Below are positions 61,147 through 64,000 of a stretch of DNA of 64,000 nt, piece by piece. This stretch comes from Selaginella moellendorffii (taxonomy: Eukaryota; Plantae; Lycopodiophyta), in the NCBI RefSeq assembly GCF_000143415.4, contig NW_003314293.1, positions 1,494,457 through 1,558,456 on the forward strand, written 5' to 3'. Position numbers and translations under genes: made by a program. Each line of letters starts with the position of its first letter. Position 1 is the stretch's first letter. The notes under the pieces were generated by a model. The model worked only from the letters and a program-made list of their open reading frames with translations. It was not told the DNA's origin and did no database searches.

Positions 61147-64000
61147 TGTGAGACACAAAATCCCTAGGCCCCAAAGTGGAGCCGGAAGGGCGCCACGTGG
61201 TAGTGGCCGAAGTGAGAGCCAAACGAGCGTAACACATTTGGACCAAAAGCTCAAACTTGAAAAGTCAAGAGCAGGAGTGGAACTCCCAAAGAAGCGCTCG
61301 AGGAATGAGCACGAAGCGAGCCATAGGCAAGGCTCCAAAAAGGGACCCAAAAAGGACCAACACATGACACGTGGAAGTGTCTGAGATGGACCCGAGTTGG
61401 GGTCCGAAGTGGAGTCCGAGATGGACCCGAGTTGGGGTCCGAAGTGGAGTCCGAGATGGACCCGAGTTGGAGGCCAAAGTGGAGTCCAAAGTGGAGTCCG
61501 AAGTGGAGTCCGAGAAGGACCCGAGATGGAGTCCGAGATGGAGTCCGAGATGGAGTCCGAGGTGGACCCGAGATGGACCCGAGATGGAGTCCGAGATGGA
61601 CCCGAGATGGACCCGAGATGGACCCGAGATGGACCCGAGATGGAGTCCAAGATGGAGTCCGAGATGGAGTCCGAGATGGACCCGAGATGGAGTCCGAGAT
61701 GGAGTCTGAGATGGAGTCCGAGATGGAACCGGGACTGAGACCGAGACCGAGATCGAGACCGAGACCAAGATCGGGACCGAGACCGAGACCAAGGCCGAGG
61801 CCGAGACCGAGCCCGAGCCCGAGCCCGAGTCCGAGTCCGAGTCCGAGTCCGAGTCCGAGTCCGAGTCCGAGTCCGAGTCCGAGTCCGAGTCCGAGTCCGA
61901 GTCCGAGTCCGAGTCCGAGTCCGAGTCCGAGTCCGAATCCGAGTCCGAGTCCGAGTTTGAGTCTGAGAGGGTGAAAGCCCAAAGCGTTCGTCTCCCAGAC
62001 CCTGGGGGGTTTGGTGAGCTCCAAAAGTATAGTAGGGGGAGGACTGTAGTGGAGCCAGTTTGGCCAGGAAAGGCCAGTTTGGCCCAGGAAGGCCGGACCC
62101 AGTGTTGGGTGATGAGCTGCCCACTGGGAAGTCCAAGACTAGAGTGAATACAAACCGACAAGCGGGGTAGCTTGGTGAAGTGTTCAAGAGCCGGCTCTAG
62201 TTCCCCCGGGAGATCGACTGGCCGATGCTCCCAGTCCAAGTGTGGGTGGCACTACCTACTTGGATACCTGGTGTGGCTCAACGGAACCTCGCTCTAAGCC
62301 CATGGCTAGAGCACCTAAAGACGAAAGGCGGGGAGAGTACCCATGAGGCTTGCGTAAGGCCACGGTGTTCCGAAATGGTGTCCCAAAGTCCCAGACTGTG
62401 GAAAGGAAGAGGGGTAGCCCTCTGGTGTGGTGACCAAGGACACAGTCACACAGTGAGGAAGCCCTAGAGGATAGTGGGACTTAGTGGTCGGGCCGGTGGG
62501 CCTTGATCCAGTGGCAGTGTTGGCGAACACAGCCAAGGACAGAAAGGGACTTGGTGGGGACCGAAACAGAGATATTGGGGAAGGCTATTCCCCATGTCTG
62601 TAGGCATCCTAAGGATGTTAAGGAGTGGATCTGGGATGATCACTCATGGATGGACGACCTAGTCTTTGAGAGACGGGATTGGAATGTAGGTGGTGTTGGA
62701 CCACCAATGTGACCAAGGTAAATGGGCATGGCCTTAGCGTAACGGGCCGATACGTCGGTGGTACCTTGGGGTGTCGATCATGGGATCGGACACGTGGAGC
62801 ACTTGGACCAAGTGCTAAGGTTGAGTGGCATGGATGCCATTCTCGGGGCCAGCAAGCCCCAAGTCCTGAGTTGGGCTTATGGAGGTTGTGAATGAGACTC
62901 CTCCAAGTGGTCGGAGGTGTGGTTAAGTGACTAAAGTAGAATGGAAAAATTTAGTCTCTTACAATTTGGTATCAGAGTTGTTCCTTAATCTGACTTTTAT
63001 TGGTGCTCAAGTATATCACCACTGGTGTTGGCATCGGAAGGTCCGAGGAGTGGGCCTATCCTTGAGGAGTAGCAGGTCGGGAAGATATGGCTCTCCATTA
63101 CAGTTCATGTGTGAACTTGTAGACAACATGGTGGATAGAAAAGGGCCAATAATGGAATGACTTTGGGATCTTGGGAACAGTATAAGGGTTTCCTCAGAGA
63201 GTGGAGGATGTGATCCAGATTAACGTTTGACTTAGCAAACTGGCTGATGTAGTTGTGGTAAACAACTACAGTTGGGATCACGAGAAAGATGCAAACTCCA
63301 AAATAATAAAGGAGTCACAAGATTACCCTTATATGGTTGAGGCTGGTACTCATAAATTTGAGACTGGAATTGTTGACCGTGGGAGGTCAAATTCAGAAGA
63401 GGACACCAGTCCTTGAAATGGTAGCCGGGGCTACCTCTAATAAATGCTGGAACAACCCAAGGAGTTGGGGGTGTACTTAAAGATGAGTTACTATTCTCAT
63501 CACATGGACAAGTAGTCCTAAGGGGCAAAGGTTAGCCCCAAGAAAATTATCAAGTGTTAGAGTAACACTTGTAAAGATTGTCCTTGTGAGTATGACAGGA
63601 ATGCAAGAAGTGTATTCCAGTGAGCTAGTGCCTCACAAGTAGGACCTTACGGGTCTGTGGATTAACCAAGTCCAAAACTGCTGGATGACTCAAGTAGAGT
63701 CAAGGGATGGTCCTAAAAGGACTGATAGAAGCATTTGGGCTGAGGTGTGCTGTACCCTACAAAGGATGGGGGGGGATCATAGGATCCAAGGATGAGAACA
63801 AAGGGTATCTCATTGATGGCAAAATGTGCCATGCTAAAGTTCGTGGGAAAGGTGTTCCCAAAAAAGAAAACAACTTTGACACAAAGTTGTGTATGACTTC
63901 TATGATGCAGTGCTAACGGATGGTTGGCATGAGAAAGAGTGGTATTGGTCTTGGCAAAGACTTAGACACAAAGAAGAAGTGTCATAGAGGTAGGCTCGTG
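61147..64000 (+). mobile_element. Second family A element (5' LTR, PBS, start of the internal region), runs off the window
   Basis: LTR 61147-62963 (TGTGAGACAC...TCTCTTACA); PBS TGGTATCAGAG at 62967; internal sequence collinear with the reverse complement of 34808-33785. Confidence 0.92.

Overview
Eukaryotic plant genomic DNA. The very short (~45-65 nt) GT-AG introns, compact genes and many PLS-type PPR genes suggest a lycophyte such as Selaginella moellendorffii; this is an inference, not a search result. Layout: (i) 1-8.3 kb is a patchwork of broken gene fragments (gypsy integrase, PPR, receptor kinase, TDP1, SET domain) around an AT-rich foldback repeat. (ii) 8.6-27.4 kb is a dense block of apparently intact genes: alpha/beta-hydrolase, CIR-N/CCHC protein, YLMG2-like YGGT, APR-like thioredoxin, PPR, double-Tudor protein, BSU1-like phosphatase and an orphan gene. 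(iii) 28-48 kb is a nest of LTR elements resolvable by 5-bp TSDs: non-autonomous element A, chromovirus B inside A's LTR, a Cassandra-like 5S-bearing TRIM carrying a B solo LTR, and an old C>T-eroded B-family relic. (iv) 49-56 kb is a tandem duplication of a Crinkler/RHS-like NTPase-nuclease gene with a divergent partner ORF. (v) 57-64 kb holds a decayed PIF/Harbinger transposase and another copy of family A. The most striking observation is that chromovirus B carries host-sized, sense-strand spliceosomal-type introns inside gag-pol. Two of them (47 and 52 nt) must be removed to rebuild the integrase motifs, including the catalytic Glu. Removal of a third (55 nt) would create a Gag-only stop. 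This suggests a retrotransposon whose Gag, Gag-Pol and genomic RNAs are set by alternative intron retention.
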